DNA from: an uncultured Gammaproteobacteria bacterium
GTDB lineage: Bacteria; Pseudomonadota; Gammaproteobacteria; UBA4575
Assembly: GCA_951812785.1 (NCBI GenBank)
Contig: OX638335.1
Span: 1,745,963 to 1,809,962 of the forward strand
DNA: 64,000 nucleotides
Direction of reading: 5' to 3'
The translations under genes were made by a program, and so were the position numbers. Of the stretch, positions 30,362 through 42,148 are shown piece by piece. A model generated the notes under the pieces. It was given only the letters and a program-made list of their open reading frames with translations. It made no database searches and had not been told where the DNA came from. Every line of letters starts with the position of its first letter. Position 1 is the stretch's first letter.

Positions 30362-31299
30362 TCCATAAAAGCGCGAATCGCAGCGATGCCTTGCGCACCA
30401 TGCACTATTGCATTCTGGTAGTCGTTTAAACCCATCCCACCCAAAGCATACACAGGGCTATTTGCCATAAAACATAATCGACTGAAACGACTCCAGCCAA
30501 GAATATCTGCGTACGCGTGACTGTTTGTTTGATTCACTGGCCCAATCAACATACACCTCACCCCAAGATTATTAGCCATTTTTACTTCTTCCTCACTATG
30601 GCAAGAAGCCGAAAAAAAATCTAATCCTTTATAATGAGATAACTGACTATTCACATCGCGCAATCGATGGCTATTAAGATGAATTCTATGGCCAGAAATT
30701 TCTGTTGTCCACGCCAAGCTACAATTACAAATTAACTTTGCTCCAAATTCCGCACATAAATCTCTAAGTTTGTTCGCATTAGAAATATAGGTGTTCTTAT
30801 CTGCTCTATAAGCGCGATATTGAATCAGTGCTATCCCAGCTTGGAGTTGCTTCTTAACAATCAGAAACAGTCGCTCTTTAAGTACATCTTGATCAGCGAT
30901 CATATAATTAACTGGCATCGTCAAAGCATCAACTATCGCTCTATTAGCAGGGGGAAGTTTGAGAGTTGCTAATTTAGATTGCGACACCCATTGAAGCTCT
31001 TGTGCTTCGACTGATTCCACTTGGCCAGAAAAATTAGTGACTTTAAATATTTGAAAGTGGAGCTGCCTATCTTGGTATTGATATTGCAGTTCGACAAGCT
31101 TTAACATTGAGTAAGCACGTATTCCAAGCTCCTCGTACAGTTCTCTTCTCAAAGCTATTTTAAATGATTCTTGTGGAGTTACTTTGCCGCCAGGAAATTC
31201 CCAGAACCCCTCCAAGTGAGTGCCCGCTTTTCGCTTTCCTACCAACACCTGCTGTTGTTGATTTTCGATAACTCCTATGGAGATACGTTTTTGAATCAT
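30358..31299 (-). CDS. Nudix hydrolase (MutT-like) fused to a thiamine-phosphate-synthase-like domain
   Basis: WEFPGGK...RELYEELG Nudix box; C-terminal ASCH...PVYALGG...GIAAIR. Confidence 0.9.
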   Translation of the reverse strand: MIQKRISIGVIENQQQQVLVGKRKAGTHLEGFWEFPGGKVTPQESFKIALRRELYEELGIRAYSMLKLVELQYQYQDRQLHFQIFKVTNFSGQVESVEAQELQWVSQSKLATLKLPPANRAIVDALTMPVNYMIADQDVLKERLFLIVKKQLQAGIALIQYRAYRADKNTYISNANKLRDLCAEFGAKLICNCSLAWTTEISGHRIHLNSHRLRDVNSQLSHYKGLDFFSASCHSEEEVKMANNLGVRCMLIGPVNQTNSHAYADILGWSRFSRLCFMANSPVYALGGMGLNDYQNAIVHGAQGIAAIRAFMD

Positions 31300-31332
31300 T
31301 AGCTATAAATGCTCAACACATACTGACTTTCG

Positions 31333-32550
31333 TTAGCTACGATAATCAGCGTTAATGCTCACATACTCATGGGTTAGATCGGTAGTCCACACTGTGTGCT
31401 GCGCCAGCCCCAGGTTCAGCTGAATTTTAATTTCAATTTCTTCCGCCTGCATTGCTTGCTTGCCAGCCTGTTCGGTATAACTCATAGCAAGTTCTCCTCG
31501 CTCCATCACCACGATACCATTTATATATAAACTAGCTTCAGATAACTGCAAATCTTCATCAGCACACTTGCCCGCCGCAGCCATGATGCGGCCCCAGTTT
31601 GGATCACTGGCAGAAAGTGCTGTTTTAACTAAAGGTGAATTTGCAACTGAATACGCAACTGTTTTTGCTTGCTTGATATAACCTGCCAGCTCAATACACA
31701 CGGTAACAAATTTTGTTGCTCCTTCGCCATCACGCACAATGGCTTGAGCTAGCATTTGCATCAGCCAACACAAAGCTTGCTTAAATTGATCTTTCTCATC
31801 TAGAGTAATGGATTCATAGCTAACTTTAGATCTTCCTGTCGCTACTAACACACATGCATCATTAGTAGAAGTATCACTATCTACCGTGATTGAATTAAAT
31901 GACTGATCTGCTGCTTGGCACAGCAGTTCTTGTAATATGCAACTGGGGATTTCCAGATTTGTTGCTACATATGACAGCATAGTTGCCATATTCGGCTGTA
32001 TCATCCCTGAGCCTTTGGCAATACCAGTAACGCATACATCTTTGCCTGCGATATTTATTTTCTTACTATAAGCTTTCGAAACCGTATCAGTCGTCATGAT
32101 AGCTTTTGCTGCGAGCAACCAATGATCTTCTGATAAACCGTTACTCATCGATAGCAATTGATTCTCAATCTTACTTACATCAAGTACTTCACCAATCACA
32201 CCTGTCGAAAAAGGTAATACTTGTTGCGGCATCACATTAAAATGCTCTGCCACCGCTTTTGTTGTTGCAATAGCTGCATCCATACCTAATTGGCCAGTAC
32301 CCGCATTGGCATTGCCGGCATTAATAATTAAATAACGCGGCGCATTATCTTTAAGGTGCTTTTTAGCTAGCGCTACAGGTGCCGCACAGAATTTGTTTTG
32401 AGTAAACATGGCGGCAACATTAGATTGTTGTGCAATTTCTATTAATACAACATCATCTCGCCCGACGTATCGAATGCCTGCACTTGCTGTTGCCAAGCGA
32501 ACACCGTCAACACTATAAGCTTGCGTTGGCTCAGTAAGTTTAACTGCCAT
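31333..32550 (-). CDS. argJ: Bifunctional ornithine acetyltransferase / N-acetylglutamate synthase
   Basis: NAGNANAGTG, KGSGMIQPNMATML and DGEGATK motifs. Confidence 0.97.
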   Translation of the reverse strand: MAVKLTEPTQAYSVDGVRLATASAGIRYVGRDDVVLIEIAQQSNVAAMFTQNKFCAAPVALAKKHLKDNAPRYLIINAGNANAGTGQLGMDAAIATTKAVAEHFNVMPQQVLPFSTGVIGEVLDVSKIENQLLSMSNGLSEDHWLLAAKAIMTTDTVSKAYSKKINIAGKDVCVTGIAKGSGMIQPNMATMLSYVATNLEIPSCILQELLCQAADQSFNSITVDSDTSTNDACVLVATGRSKVSYESITLDEKDQFKQALCWLMQMLAQAIVRDGEGATKFVTVCIELAGYIKQAKTVAYSVANSPLVKTALSASDPNWGRIMAAAGKCADEDLQLSEASLYINGIVVMERGELAMSYTEQAGKQAMQAEEIEIKIQLNLGLAQHTVWTTDLTHEYVSINADYRS

Positions 32551-32573
32551 GCTGGAACCTCAAAGATAGAAAG

Positions 32574-35303
32574 TTAAGACAGCTTCCCATGACAGTGTTT
32601 AAATTTCTTCCCTGAACCACATGGACATGCTTCATTTCGACCTACTTTTTTATCTGCACGAACAACGGGGTCTGATTTAGGAGCATTTGCTGGTTGCTCA
32701 TTACGTTGTGGTGGCGCTTCACCAGGGTGAAGAATATCTGCTGCCTGCTCATGCTGAAGTTGCAGATCTTCTGTGTCAGGCACTTTAACTGGCGTAATTG
32801 GCGCCACTTCCTCAGGTGACTGAAATTTCACATGGCATAGAAATGAAATTGTATCTTGCTTGATTTCTTCCAGCATTTGCTGAAACATTTCAAATGCTTC
32901 TCGCTTGTATTCTTGTTTAGGATTTTTTTGTGCATAGCCGCGCAATCCAATACTCTGTCGCAAATAATCCATAGCAGCCAAATGTTCTTTCCACTTTGAA
33001 TCTAGAACTTGCAGCATAACGTCTTTTTCTAGCTTATGCATCATTTCGTCGCCTAGCAATTGCTGCTTTTCATCGAGCAAGCTTTTCACTGACGCATGTA
33101 TGCGCTCACGTAACGGCTCTTCATACAAATTATCATCACGATCTAACCAATCTTGAATGGGCAACTCAACATTCACTTCTTTATGCAATGCTTGAGTAAG
33201 ATCATCGACATCCCATTGTTCTGACATGCTATTTGGCGCAATAAAATTATTAATAATATTCGTCACCACATCAAAACGAATATCTTCAATACCCTCAGAA
33301 ATATCCTCTGTACTCATTAGCTCACTACGCTGCTCGTAAATGACCTTACGCTGATCATTTGCCACATCGTCATATTCAAGCAAATTTTTACGAATATCAA
33401 AGTTATGCGACTCCACTTTACGTTGCGCATTTTCGATTGCTTTTGACACCCAGGGATGCTCAATTGACTCACCTTCCTCCATGCCTAGCTTTTGCATCAA
33501 AGTACGTACACGATCAGGTGCAAAAATTCTCATCAGATTATCTTCTAAAGAAAGATAAAATCTGCTTGAACCTGGATCACCTTGTCTCCCCGCACGTCCA
33601 CGCAGTTGATTATCAATACGTCTAGACTCATGCCTTTCTGTACCGATAATATGTAATCCACCCGCATTTAAAACGTCATCATGATGTTGCTGCCAGTTAG
33701 ATTTCATTTCCTCCACTTGGCTAGACTCTGGCGCATCTCCTAACTCAGCAATCTCAGCCTCTAAGTTCCCGCCTAATACAATATCAGTACCACGACCCGC
33801 CATATTAGTGGCAATGGTCACAGCGCCAGTTTTACCTGCTTGCACAATGATTTGTGACTCGGAAGCATGATGCTTTGCATTCAACACTTTATGTTCAACA
33901 TTTGCTTTATCAAGCAATTTTGAAAGATGTTCAGATGCTTCAATCGAAGCAGTACCCACTAAGACAGGCTGCCCTCTTTGCATGCACTCTTTTACATCCT
34001 CAATAATCGCTTCGAATTTTTCTTGTAAGGTTAAGTAAACAAGATCACCGCGATCTTCACGCACCATATCTCTGTGTGTAGGTACTACAACAACCTCTAA
34101 ACCATAGATCGATTGAAATTCAAACGCTTCTGTATCTGCTGTGCCGGTCATTCCGCTTAGCTTTTCATATAAACGAAAATAGTTCTGGAAAGTAATTGAC
34201 GCTAAGGTCTGATTTTCATTTTGAATGTTAGCGCCTTCTTTAGCTTCAACCGCTTGATGCAAGCCTTCAGACCATCGGCGCCCAGGCATAGTACGACCTG
34301 TGAACTCATCAACGATAATCACTTCGCCATTGCGAACAATGTAATCGACATTCTTTTGAAATAACACATTAGCGCGTAATGATGCATTGATATGGTGTAG
34401 TAAACTAATATTGGCTACATCATATAGAGAGTCTTGTTCTGCTAATAAGCCTGCTTCTGTCAATAAATCTTCAATGTGTTGATGACCCTGCTCACTGAGA
34501 AATACCTGCTTAGATTTTTCATCGATAAAGTAATCACCTTCACTTTCTTCGGATGCTTGCCGAATCAAATCTGGGACTATCTTATCGACCTTAAGATACA
34601 AATCAGAGTTATCATCAGTCGGGCCAGAAATAACTAATGGTGTTCTTGCTTCATCAATTAATATTGAGTCGACTTCGTCGACCACAGCAAAATATAGATC
34701 ACGCTGGGCACGCTGATCTGTAGAAAATTTCATGTTGTCACGCAGATAGTCGAAACCAAACTCGTTGTTTGTGCCATAAGTGATATCGGCTGAATATGCT
34801 GCCTTACGCTCTTCATCAGTCAACCCTCCCACAATCACACCAACAGTCAGACCAAGGAAGTTATATAGCTTACCCATCCATTCGGCATCACGCTTCGCGA
34901 GGTAGTCGTTGACTGTAATAACATGAACGCTTTTACCTACAATTGCATTCAGATACACAGGCAAAGTAGCAACAAACGTTTTACCTTCACCGGTTCTCAT
35001 TTCGGCAATGTTGCCATCGTTGAGTACCATGCCACCTATTAATTGGACATCGAAATGTCTCATCCCCAATACACGCTGACCTGCCTCACGCACAACTGCA
35101 AATGCCTCTGAAAGCAATGACTCTAATTCAGCACCCGCTTGAAGCCTATCTTTAAATTCTTGAGTTTTTTGAGTCAACTGCAAGTCGCTCAAACTCTTCA
35201 TAGAGTCTTCTAATTGATTAATTTGGGTGACATGTTTTTTGTAACGAGATAATACTCGCTGATTACGACTACCGAAGATTTTTTGTACAAGCTTTCCGAT
35301 CAT
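32574..35303 (-). CDS. secA: Preprotein translocase ATPase SecA
   Basis: [20 protein letters not shown] and a C-terminal SEC-C motif ([14 protein letters not shown]). Confidence 0.98.
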   Translation of the reverse strand: MIGKLVQKIFGSRNQRVLSRYKKHVTQINQLEDSMKSLSDLQLTQKTQEFKDRLQAGAELESLLSEAFAVVREAGQRVLGMRHFDVQLIGGMVLNDGNIAEMRTGEGKTFVATLPVYLNAIVGKSVHVITVNDYLAKRDAEWMGKLYNFLGLTVGVIVGGLTDEERKAAYSADITYGTNNEFGFDYLRDNMKFSTDQRAQRDLYFAVVDEVDSILIDEARTPLVISGPTDDNSDLYLKVDKIVPDLIRQASEESEGDYFIDEKSKQVFLSEQGHQHIEDLLTEAGLLAEQDSLYDVANISLLHHINASLRANVLFQKNVDYIVRNGEVIIVDEFTGRTMPGRRWSEGLHQAVEAKEGANIQNENQTLASITFQNYFRLYEKLSGMTGTADTEAFEFQSIYGLEVVVVPTHRDMVREDRGDLVYLTLQEKFEAIIEDVKECMQRGQPVLVGTASIEASEHLSKLLDKANVEHKVLNAKHHASESQIIVQAGKTGAVTIATNMAGRGTDIVLGGNLEAEIAELGDAPESSQVEEMKSNWQQHHDDVLNAGGLHIIGTERHESRRIDNQLRGRAGRQGDPGSSRFYLSLEDNLMRIFAPDRVRTLMQKLGMEEGESIEHPWVSKAIENAQRKVESHNFDIRKNLLEYDDVANDQRKVIYEQRSELMSTEDISEGIEDIRFDVVTNIINNFIAPNSMSEQWDVDDLTQALHKEVNVELPIQDWLDRDDNLYEEPLRERIHASVKSLLDEKQQLLGDEMMHKLEKDVMLQVLDSKWKEHLAAMDYLRQSIGLRGYAQKNPKQEYKREAFEMFQQMLEEIKQDTISFLCHVKFQSPEEVAPITPVKVPDTEDLQLQHEQAADILHPGEAPPQRNEQPANAPKSDPVVRADKKVGRNEACPCGSGKKFKHCHGKLS

Positions 35304-35492
35304 TTTAAGGTTCAGGCAATTTATAAATAAAAATTAATTAAATTATATGACTTCAGAATAAATGGCTTTCAATGCATAATCATAAAGAAATAACGCCACT
35401 GAAGCTCCGCCGCATATATTGAATATGTATGGCTACTTTAGCAACCAAATTAAAGTAGAAAAGATATCGCTAGAATGTAAGCTTAATCAGGA

Positions 35493-36383
35493 TTATTTGA
35501 CTTGTTTAGAGTTGATAAACTTCATGGGGTCTACAGACACACCATTTTTAAGCACTTCGAAGTGAACATGTGGTCCGGTTGACCTACCAGTACTACCCAA
35601 TTTTGCAATTACCTGACCCTTTTTAACAGTCTGGCCAATTTTTACTGATAATTGAGCATTGTGCCCATAACGTGTGACATAGCCATTGCCATGATCAATT
35701 TCAACTATGTTCCCGTAGTCTGCTTGATTATTTGCCTCAGTAACAACACCACCTGCCACTGAGATTACGTCAGAATAGTACTTGCCCGCAAAATCAACAC
35801 CACGATGGAATTCCTGCTTGCCTGAAAATGGGCCTGCACGTTTACCAAAATAGGATGAAACCCAGCCTTTTTTAATCGGACGTCCCTGAGGATAAATTTC
35901 TTCTCTAAGATTTCTATCAGTCAGCATGACGTCTAATGTATACAGCTTATTTTCTTGACTCTTTAGCTGAGATGATATGGTTGCTAGCGTCTGCTCCATA
36001 CTGGCTAGTACGTCCCGATTAGCTACATTGCCATAAGTATCTGGGCCACCAAATCCTGGTGGTTCGGTGAAATCTATTTCCAAATCGGTTAAATCCGCCA
36101 TATTCATCAACTTATTACCGAGTGCATCTAAACGATTGATATGTGCTTGATAATAGGAAATTTTCTGAGTCAGTGCTTCTATACTTGCATCACTCTCTAG
36201 TCGCACAAGCTCTAATTGATCCTGCTGATTTTTAATGTCATACTTCCATTCTTCCACAATATCTTCATGACCATATTCAACACCTAGCCAGTAGCCTACG
36301 CTTATGAATGTGCTCACGAGAGCGATTCCTATTACGATAGCTAATAGGTATTGTTCAGAGCTAAAGTAGCGTACGCTATACAT
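35493..36383 (-). CDS. M23 family metallopeptidase
   Basis: N-terminal TM helix, coiled coil, HRGVDF and STGPHVHFEV; typical position upstream of secA. Confidence 0.92.
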   Translation of the reverse strand: MYSVRYFSSEQYLLAIVIGIALVSTFISVGYWLGVEYGHEDIVEEWKYDIKNQQDQLELVRLESDASIEALTQKISYYQAHINRLDALGNKLMNMADLTDLEIDFTEPPGFGGPDTYGNVANRDVLASMEQTLATISSQLKSQENKLYTLDVMLTDRNLREEIYPQGRPIKKGWVSSYFGKRAGPFSGKQEFHRGVDFAGKYYSDVISVAGGVVTEANNQADYGNIVEIDHGNGYVTRYGHNAQLSVKIGQTVKKGQVIAKLGSTGRSTGPHVHFEVLKNGVSVDPMKFINSKQVK

Positions 36384-36511
36384 TACGGCTCCTAGAGCAG
36401 GTTAAAGTGATTAATCTCATGATTTATTTGGTTAGTTTAAACTATGTTGTCAATATACCTTACTTGTAACTATAACTTGCATCACCCTAGGTAGGTAGAT
36501 ATCAGGCAAAC

Positions 36512-36919
36512 ATGATGAAATCCTCAATGCACCCGATACATGCCCTGATTGATGCCAAACTGTTGAGTCGAACGAAAAATATACAGTCTTTAACAAACAG
36601 CCTGCATAGCCGGCTCTCTTCAGAACTACGTCAACATTGTTGGGCCATTGATATTATCGGCAATACTCTAATTCTAATTACCGATAGTCCTGAAAGAGCG
36701 ACCATAATACGCTATCAGCAGCATGAGTTGTTGAAGCAGGTTAATGAAGAATTTACTGAATCTTTAGAAGCTCCTGTTAGACGCATGAGAGTGAAAGTTG
36801 ATTACACTTTATCCGTATTGACCAGTCCTACCAATTCGTCTGAAAGTAGAACTGAATCAGAATTATCCAGAGCAAAAGGCCACTGTCGACAGATGTTGTC
36901 TTATTTAAAAGACAACTAA
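36512..36919 (+). CDS. DUF721/DciA family protein
   Basis: Divergent gene between lpxC and the M23 peptidase; L..HC...L.L..DS...AT..RY pattern. Confidence 0.7.
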   Translation: MMKSSMHPIHALIDAKLLSRTKNIQSLTNSLHSRLSSELRQHCWAIDIIGNTLILITDSPERATIIRYQQHELLKQVNEEFTESLEAPVRRMRVKVDYTLSVLTSPTNSSESRTESELSRAKGHCRQMLSYLKDN

Positions 36920-36924
36920 ATTAA

Positions 36925-37851
36925 CTAAGCGGCTGTAGCCGTTGCAGTCTCTGCATACAAAATAGGCACATCATTAGATTGCTCCTCAAAGGTCAACTCC
37001 TCCCAAGCCGTTGGGTCACTTAATAACGTGCTTAATAGTATGTTGTTAAGCTCATGACCAGACTTATAACCTTTAAATGAGCCGATCAAGCTGTGCCCGA
37101 GCAAATACAAATCCCCGATCGCGTCCAATATCTTGTGTTTAACAAATTCATCTTCATAACGAAGCCCATCTTCATTAAGGATTTTTTGATCATCCACCGC
37201 AATCGCATTATCTAAACTACCGCCTAGTGCGAGATTTTGCGCACGCAAATATTCAAAATCACGCAAAAAACCAAATGTACGTGAGCGACTAACTTCCTTG
37301 ACGAAAGAAGTCGATGAAAAATCTATTTCCGCTGACTGTGGTCCCGCTTGAAAAACTGGATGGTCAAAATCAATAGTAAATGCGACTTTAAAACCGTCAT
37401 AAGGATGAAACTCAGCCCAACGATCTTGATCAGTCACGCGTACATGTTTCTTAATTCGAACAAATTTCTTAGCAGAATCTTGTTCTTGAATACCCGCAGA
37501 CTGCAATAAGAATACAAATGGCCCTGCGCTACCGTCCATAATCGGCACTTCTGGCCCTGACAATTCAACATATAGATTATCTATTCCAAGACCTGCAATA
37601 GCCGATAACAAATGTTCAACTGTAGACACTTTAACACCATCTTTTTCAAGCGTGGTAGAGAGTTGAGTGTCGCCAACGTTTTCTATGCATGCCTTAATTT
37701 CTGCAGAATCTTCAATATCTGAGCGCACAAATATAATGCCAGAATTTACTTTGGCTGGCCTTAGAGTTAAGTCAATTTTCTCTCCCGTATGCAGACCCAC
37801 ACCACTTGCACGAATAATATTTTTTAGTGTTCTTTGTCTTATCATTATCAA
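36925..37851 (-). CDS. lpxC: UDP-3-O-acyl-N-acetylglucosamine deacetylase
   Basis: [14 protein letters not shown] and [10 protein letters not shown] motifs. Confidence 0.97.
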   Translation of the reverse strand: MIMIRQRTLKNIIRASGVGLHTGEKIDLTLRPAKVNSGIIFVRSDIEDSAEIKACIENVGDTQLSTTLEKDGVKVSTVEHLLSAIAGLGIDNLYVELSGPEVPIMDGSAGPFVFLLQSAGIQEQDSAKKFVRIKKHVRVTDQDRWAEFHPYDGFKVAFTIDFDHPVFQAGPQSAEIDFSSTSFVKEVSRSRTFGFLRDFEYLRAQNLALGGSLDNAIAVDDQKILNEDGLRYEDEFVKHKILDAIGDLYLLGHSLIGSFKGYKSGHELNNILLSTLLSDPTAWEELTFEEQSNDVPILYAETATATAA

Positions 37852-38012
37852 AATCCCTGAATTTTTATTGGCAAGTCCATAACACTACAGAAAGCTGCAC
37901 AATTAAGAATCATTATCAATTAGATTGAGGAGGTTTGCCACCCTCAAGCAATTATCTAATGTGCGACTAGGCAAACGCATTAATTCCCAGATTTCCCTGC
38001 TGATTTGGCATG

Positions 38013-39170
38013 TTAGTCTGCTTGTCTGCGTAAAAATGCCGGGATATCCAGTAAATCTTCGTTATAAGACCCATCAGAAGCATTTTTCATTTCTGCTTCT
38101 TCTGCACGCAGTTTTGCGGGACGCTCTAACTCCTTAAAATTACTTTCTTTTTCAAAGCTTGTAATCGCGGGTTCGACTAAAGCCACCTTGGCAGCAGGTG
38201 ATGCCATAACATTCTGAACACCGAGTCCTGTTGCTACCAATGTAACGCGTAGTTTATCTTCCATAGACTCATCTATTGAGGTGCCAACAACTACCGTAGC
38301 GTCTTCAGATGCTAATTCCTCAATATGAGAACCCACCTCGGCGATTTCATTCATACCGATATTTGGCCCCGCTGTAATATTGACTAATATACCGCGTGCA
38401 CCGGTGATATTTATATCTTCCAAAAGAGGACTTGATATTGCAGCTTCTGCCGCTTCACGAGCACGCTCTTCACCAATGCCAGTACCAGAGCCCATCATTG
38501 CCATACCCATTTCTGACATGACCGTACGTACATCTGCAAAATCCACATTGATCAAACCCGGGCAGGTGATCAACTCAGCAATCCCTTGCACCGCACCTAA
38601 CAACACATCATTAGCAGCACGAAATGCATCTAATAAACTAGTGTTCTCGCCCAACACCGTTAATAATTTCTCGTTAGGGATTATTATTAGCGAATCAACT
38701 TGACTAGAAAGCTCTTCAATTCCGCGATTAGCAATTTGAGTACGTTTAGCACCCTCAAAAGGAAACGGCTTAGTGACAACTGCCACTGTTAAAATACCTA
38801 ACTCTTTTGCTACCTCAGCAACAATTGGTGCAGCGCCCGTACCAGTTCCGCCACCCATCCCCGCAGTAATAAACAACATATCGGCACTACCAATGACATC
38901 ATGAATACGATCACGATCCTCTAATGCTGATTGGCGACCAATTTCAGGATTAGCACCGGCACCCAGGCCTTTAGTAATTTCAGTGCCTAATTGCAGAGTA
39001 GATTTAGCATTTGTTTTCTGTAATGCCTGCGAATCTGTATTAGCACAAATGAAATCCACCCCATCAATTTCGGCATTGACCATGTGTTGAACCGCATTGC
39101 CACCGCCGCCACCGACACCGATTACTTTTATTACTGCACTCTGACCATACGCATCTATTAGTTCAAACAT
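38013..39170 (-). CDS. ftsZ: Cell division protein FtsZ
   Basis: GGGTGTG tubulin signature; C-terminal [11 protein letters not shown]. Confidence 0.99.
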   Translation of the reverse strand: MFELIDAYGQSAVIKVIGVGGGGGNAVQHMVNAEIDGVDFICANTDSQALQKTNAKSTLQLGTEITKGLGAGANPEIGRQSALEDRDRIHDVIGSADMLFITAGMGGGTGTGAAPIVAEVAKELGILTVAVVTKPFPFEGAKRTQIANRGIEELSSQVDSLIIIPNEKLLTVLGENTSLLDAFRAANDVLLGAVQGIAELITCPGLINVDFADVRTVMSEMGMAMMGSGTGIGEERAREAAEAAISSPLLEDINITGARGILVNITAGPNIGMNEIAEVGSHIEELASEDATVVVGTSIDESMEDKLRVTLVATGLGVQNVMASPAAKVALVEPAITSFEKESNFKELERPAKLRAEEAEMKNASDGSYNEDLLDIPAFLRRQAD

Positions 39171-39208
39171 TTTGTATCTCCTCTAGTCATCGGGATTAGC
39201 CCGAAAAA

Positions 39209-40444
39209 TTAAAAATTACCTTTAACCCAATTTTTTACTTTCCCAAATACAGCAGACAATCCTCCACTGTTATGTTTCTTGTGTTCTGAAGATTGCTCAC
39301 TAAGATGTCCAAACAATAACAACCCAACACCTGTTGCATGTATAGGGTTGCGCACAACATCTATCAAACCCGTAACGTATTGCGGCACACCTAAACGTAC
39401 TGGCATATGGAACACCTCTTCGGCTAATTCAATGACCCCTTCCATTTTTGAGCTCCCGCCAGTGAGAACAATTCCCGCGGCAATTAAGTTTTCATAGCCA
39501 CTTTTTCTTAACTCAGCCAATATCAAAGACATCAATTCCTCGTAACGTGGTTCAACCACTTCCGCTAATGTTTGTCTTGCCAATCTTCGTGGTGCTCGAT
39601 CACCTACGCTTGGCACCTCAATCACTTCATCTGCATTGGTTAATTGACGCAATGCACAGGCATACTTAATTTTAATTTCTTCCGCATACTGTGTTGGGGT
39701 ACGCATGGCAATAGCCATATCATTTGTGACTTGATCACCTGCAATTGGAATTACCGCAGTATGTTTAATCGCGCCTTCTGTAAAGACTGCAATATCAGTA
39801 GTGCCACCACCTATATCAACCAAACAAATACCAAGCTCTTTTTCATCTTCAGTTAACACAGCACAACTTGATGCCAGCTGTTCCAAAATAACGTCATCAG
39901 CTTGCAATCCGCAGCGCTCAATACACTTGATAATATTTTGCGCAGCAGAGACGGCACCTGTTACCAAGTGCACTTTCGCCTCCATGCGTACACCCGACAT
40001 ACCTACTGGCTCGCGAATACTTTCTTGCTGATCAATAATAAATTCCTGCGGCAACACATGAAGAATTTTTTGGTCTGCAGGAATAGCCACAGCTCTTGCT
40101 GCATCAATCACTCTCTCTACATCACTCTCCAGCACTTCGCGATCTCGAATAGCGACAATGCCGTGTGAGTTCATACTCTTTATATGGCTACCAGCAATAC
40201 CCGCATATACTGAGTGAATCCGACACCCCGCCATTAACTCTGCTTCTTCTACGGCGCGCTGAATTGACTGCACAGTGGATTCAATATTAACCACAACTCC
40301 CTTCTTCAAGCCTCGCGACGCATGAGTCCCTATGCCAATAATTTCCAGTTCATTGTCATCACTCACTTCTGCCACTATCGCAACAATTTTTGAAGTGCCG
40401 ATATCTAGCCCTACAATCATTCCGTTTTCAGATTTTCTGCTCAT
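39209..40444 (-). CDS. ftsA: Cell division protein FtsA
   Basis: GLDIGTSK and DIGGGTTD motifs. Confidence 0.98.
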   Translation of the reverse strand: MSRKSENGMIVGLDIGTSKIVAIVAEVSDDNELEIIGIGTHASRGLKKGVVVNIESTVQSIQRAVEEAELMAGCRIHSVYAGIAGSHIKSMNSHGIVAIRDREVLESDVERVIDAARAVAIPADQKILHVLPQEFIIDQQESIREPVGMSGVRMEAKVHLVTGAVSAAQNIIKCIERCGLQADDVILEQLASSCAVLTEDEKELGICLVDIGGGTTDIAVFTEGAIKHTAVIPIAGDQVTNDMAIAMRTPTQYAEEIKIKYACALRQLTNADEVIEVPSVGDRAPRRLARQTLAEVVEPRYEELMSLILAELRKSGYENLIAAGIVLTGGSSKMEGVIELAEEVFHMPVRLGVPQYVTGLIDVVRNPIHATGVGLLLFGHLSEQSSEHKKHNSGGLSAVFGKVKNWVKGNF

Positions 40445-40467
40445 ATCTATTTATGAATATAAATTAA

Positions 40468-41211
40468 TTACCCATTCCAACGAACTGCGAATCCATTACT
40501 ATGGCGAAGATCTATACTCGCGATCGCCTCGCGCTCTGCTTCAGTAAACATTGCAAATGAATTTAAACAGCGCTCAATTTGTTTATCTGTTTGTTCCCTA
40601 CCAACATTGATTAACATTCCACTCATCAAAGTGATTTCTTTGTCGTAACGCGCGTCTTCTTTAAGCTTTAAAATCCCTGATCCCTCTTCCTTAAAACGTG
40701 CACTATATTTGTAATACAAATCAATCAAGTGTTGCTCTCTTCCTTGCACACTTTGCAGCAATGGCAGCGAAACATATTTTTGCGCGTCCTCCACGTAGAA
40801 CAATTCTGCATATTTGTTAATCAAATGATTTTCACCCCAGCGAAAATATGGTTGCTGTTCACTTATTTCTATCACTAACTTGCTCGGCCATTGACGTTTT
40901 ATATTTGCTCGATACACCCATGGAATATCATTTAATTGATCTTCAAACGAACTCAGATCAACAGTAAAAAACCCATCATGCATGTAGTTCTCAGTAATAG
41001 TTCGAATTTCTGATTTACTCACTTTATTCAACACACTCTGAATCTCTATTGTCTTAATGGAGACATCTTCAATTTTTTTAGTCACCCATATCCCAGCAAT
41101 AACCACTAGAGCAACTACAATCAACTTGCCAACCTCACGAAAATCAATGTGGGTTACTTCACTGCTATCACAAGTAACACGATGTTGATTTCTTTTTATT
41201 CTTTTTGTCAT
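40468..41211 (-). CDS. ftsQ: Cell division protein FtsQ
   Basis: TM helix, POTRA domain (PWV...RQWP) and IDLR..NGFAV.W tail; dcw position. Confidence 0.92.
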   Translation of the reverse strand: MTKRIKRNQHRVTCDSSEVTHIDFREVGKLIVVALVVIAGIWVTKKIEDVSIKTIEIQSVLNKVSKSEIRTITENYMHDGFFTVDLSSFEDQLNDIPWVYRANIKRQWPSKLVIEISEQQPYFRWGENHLINKYAELFYVEDAQKYVSLPLLQSVQGREQHLIDLYYKYSARFKEEGSGILKLKEDARYDKEITLMSGMLINVGREQTDKQIERCLNSFAMFTEAEREAIASIDLRHSNGFAVRWNG

Positions 41212-41224
41212 CAGCCACTACTAC

Positions 41225-42148
41225 CTAATTAAATGTCGTATCCAAAATATTCAAAACCAACTGATCAAAATTAATCCCTACGCTTGCTGCTGCCATCGGT
41301 ACAAGACTGTGATCAGTCATGCCTGGCACCGTATTCACTTCAAGGAACCAATATCGATCATCTGCATCGACCATCACATCGACACGCCCCCAGCCCGTTG
41401 CTGACGTCGCATTAAACGCGTTTAATGCTTCAGCTTTTAATGCATTCTCTTCAATTTCACCTAAGCCGCAGGGAAGGATATATTGAGTATCGTTAGCCTG
41501 ATATTTTGCTTCAAAATCATAAAAGTCATGCGGCGTTTCAAGCTTAATTACTGGCAATGCAACGCCATTTAATATAGCTACCGTGTATTCATCTCCATTC
41601 ACCCATTGCTCTGCCATCAAAGCACCTTGGTATCTATGCGAATCTTGCTTAGCTGCTATAAATTCTTGCTCATTATTGACTTTATGAATCCCCAAGCTAG
41701 AACCTTCTAATGATGGCTTGACCACAAATGGCACTCCTACAGCCGACACAACTTGCTGATAATCAACAGACTTATCAATCGATATAAATTTTGGTGAATA
41801 CACGCCAGCGGTAGTCCATAGCTTTTTAGTCATCACTTTATTCATACATATACTTGAGGCCATTACATCGCTTCCAGTATATGGCAGGTCGAGTATTTCT
41901 AGCCTCCCTTGCATGGTGCCATCTTCACCACCACAACCATGTAAGGCAATAAACACTCGATCAAAACTATTTGCTTGTAAATAGCTAAAAATATTTAGAT
42001 CGACATCAACGCCGTAAGCGTCAACACCACTATTTAATAGTGAATTCAAAACAGCCGTGCCACTTTGCAAAGAGATCTCACGCTCACCTGAAGCACCCCC
42101 CATTAACACGGCAACTTTCCCATACTTTTCTACGTCCACCACTGTCAT
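41225..42148 (-). CDS. ddl: D-alanine--D-alanine ligase
   Basis: GGASGEREISL, EGSSLG, YDFEAKY and EVNTVPG motifs. Confidence 0.97.
   Translation of the reverse strand: MTVVDVEKYGKVAVLMGGASGEREISLQSGTAVLNSLLNSGVDAYGVDVDLNIFSYLQANSFDRVFIALHGCGGEDGTMQGRLEILDLPYTGSDVMASSICMNKVMTKKLWTTAGVYSPKFISIDKSVDYQQVVSAVGVPFVVKPSLEGSSLGIHKVNNEQEFIAAKQDSHRYQGALMAEQWVNGDEYTVAILNGVALPVIKLETPHDFYDFEAKYQANDTQYILPCGLGEIEENALKAEALNAFNATSATGWGRVDVMVDADDRYWFLEVNTVPGMTDHSLVPMAAASVGINFDQLVLNILDTTFN

Noticed and set aside
30358-31299. MutT/ThiE-like domain fusion as a novelty
   Set aside because: This fusion is already known downstream of secA-argJ in many beta- and gammaproteobacteria.
35304-35492. Possible secM-like leader upstream of secA
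   Set aside because: No ORF with a signal peptide or arrest motif was found in this AT-rich spacer.
36376-36420. Short upstream ORF MRLITLTCSRSRNV* overlapping the M23 peptidase start, possibly a frameshifted original N-terminus
   Set aside because: ATG 36383 has its own AGGAG RBS and the TM helix follows, so a lesion cannot be supported without homologs.
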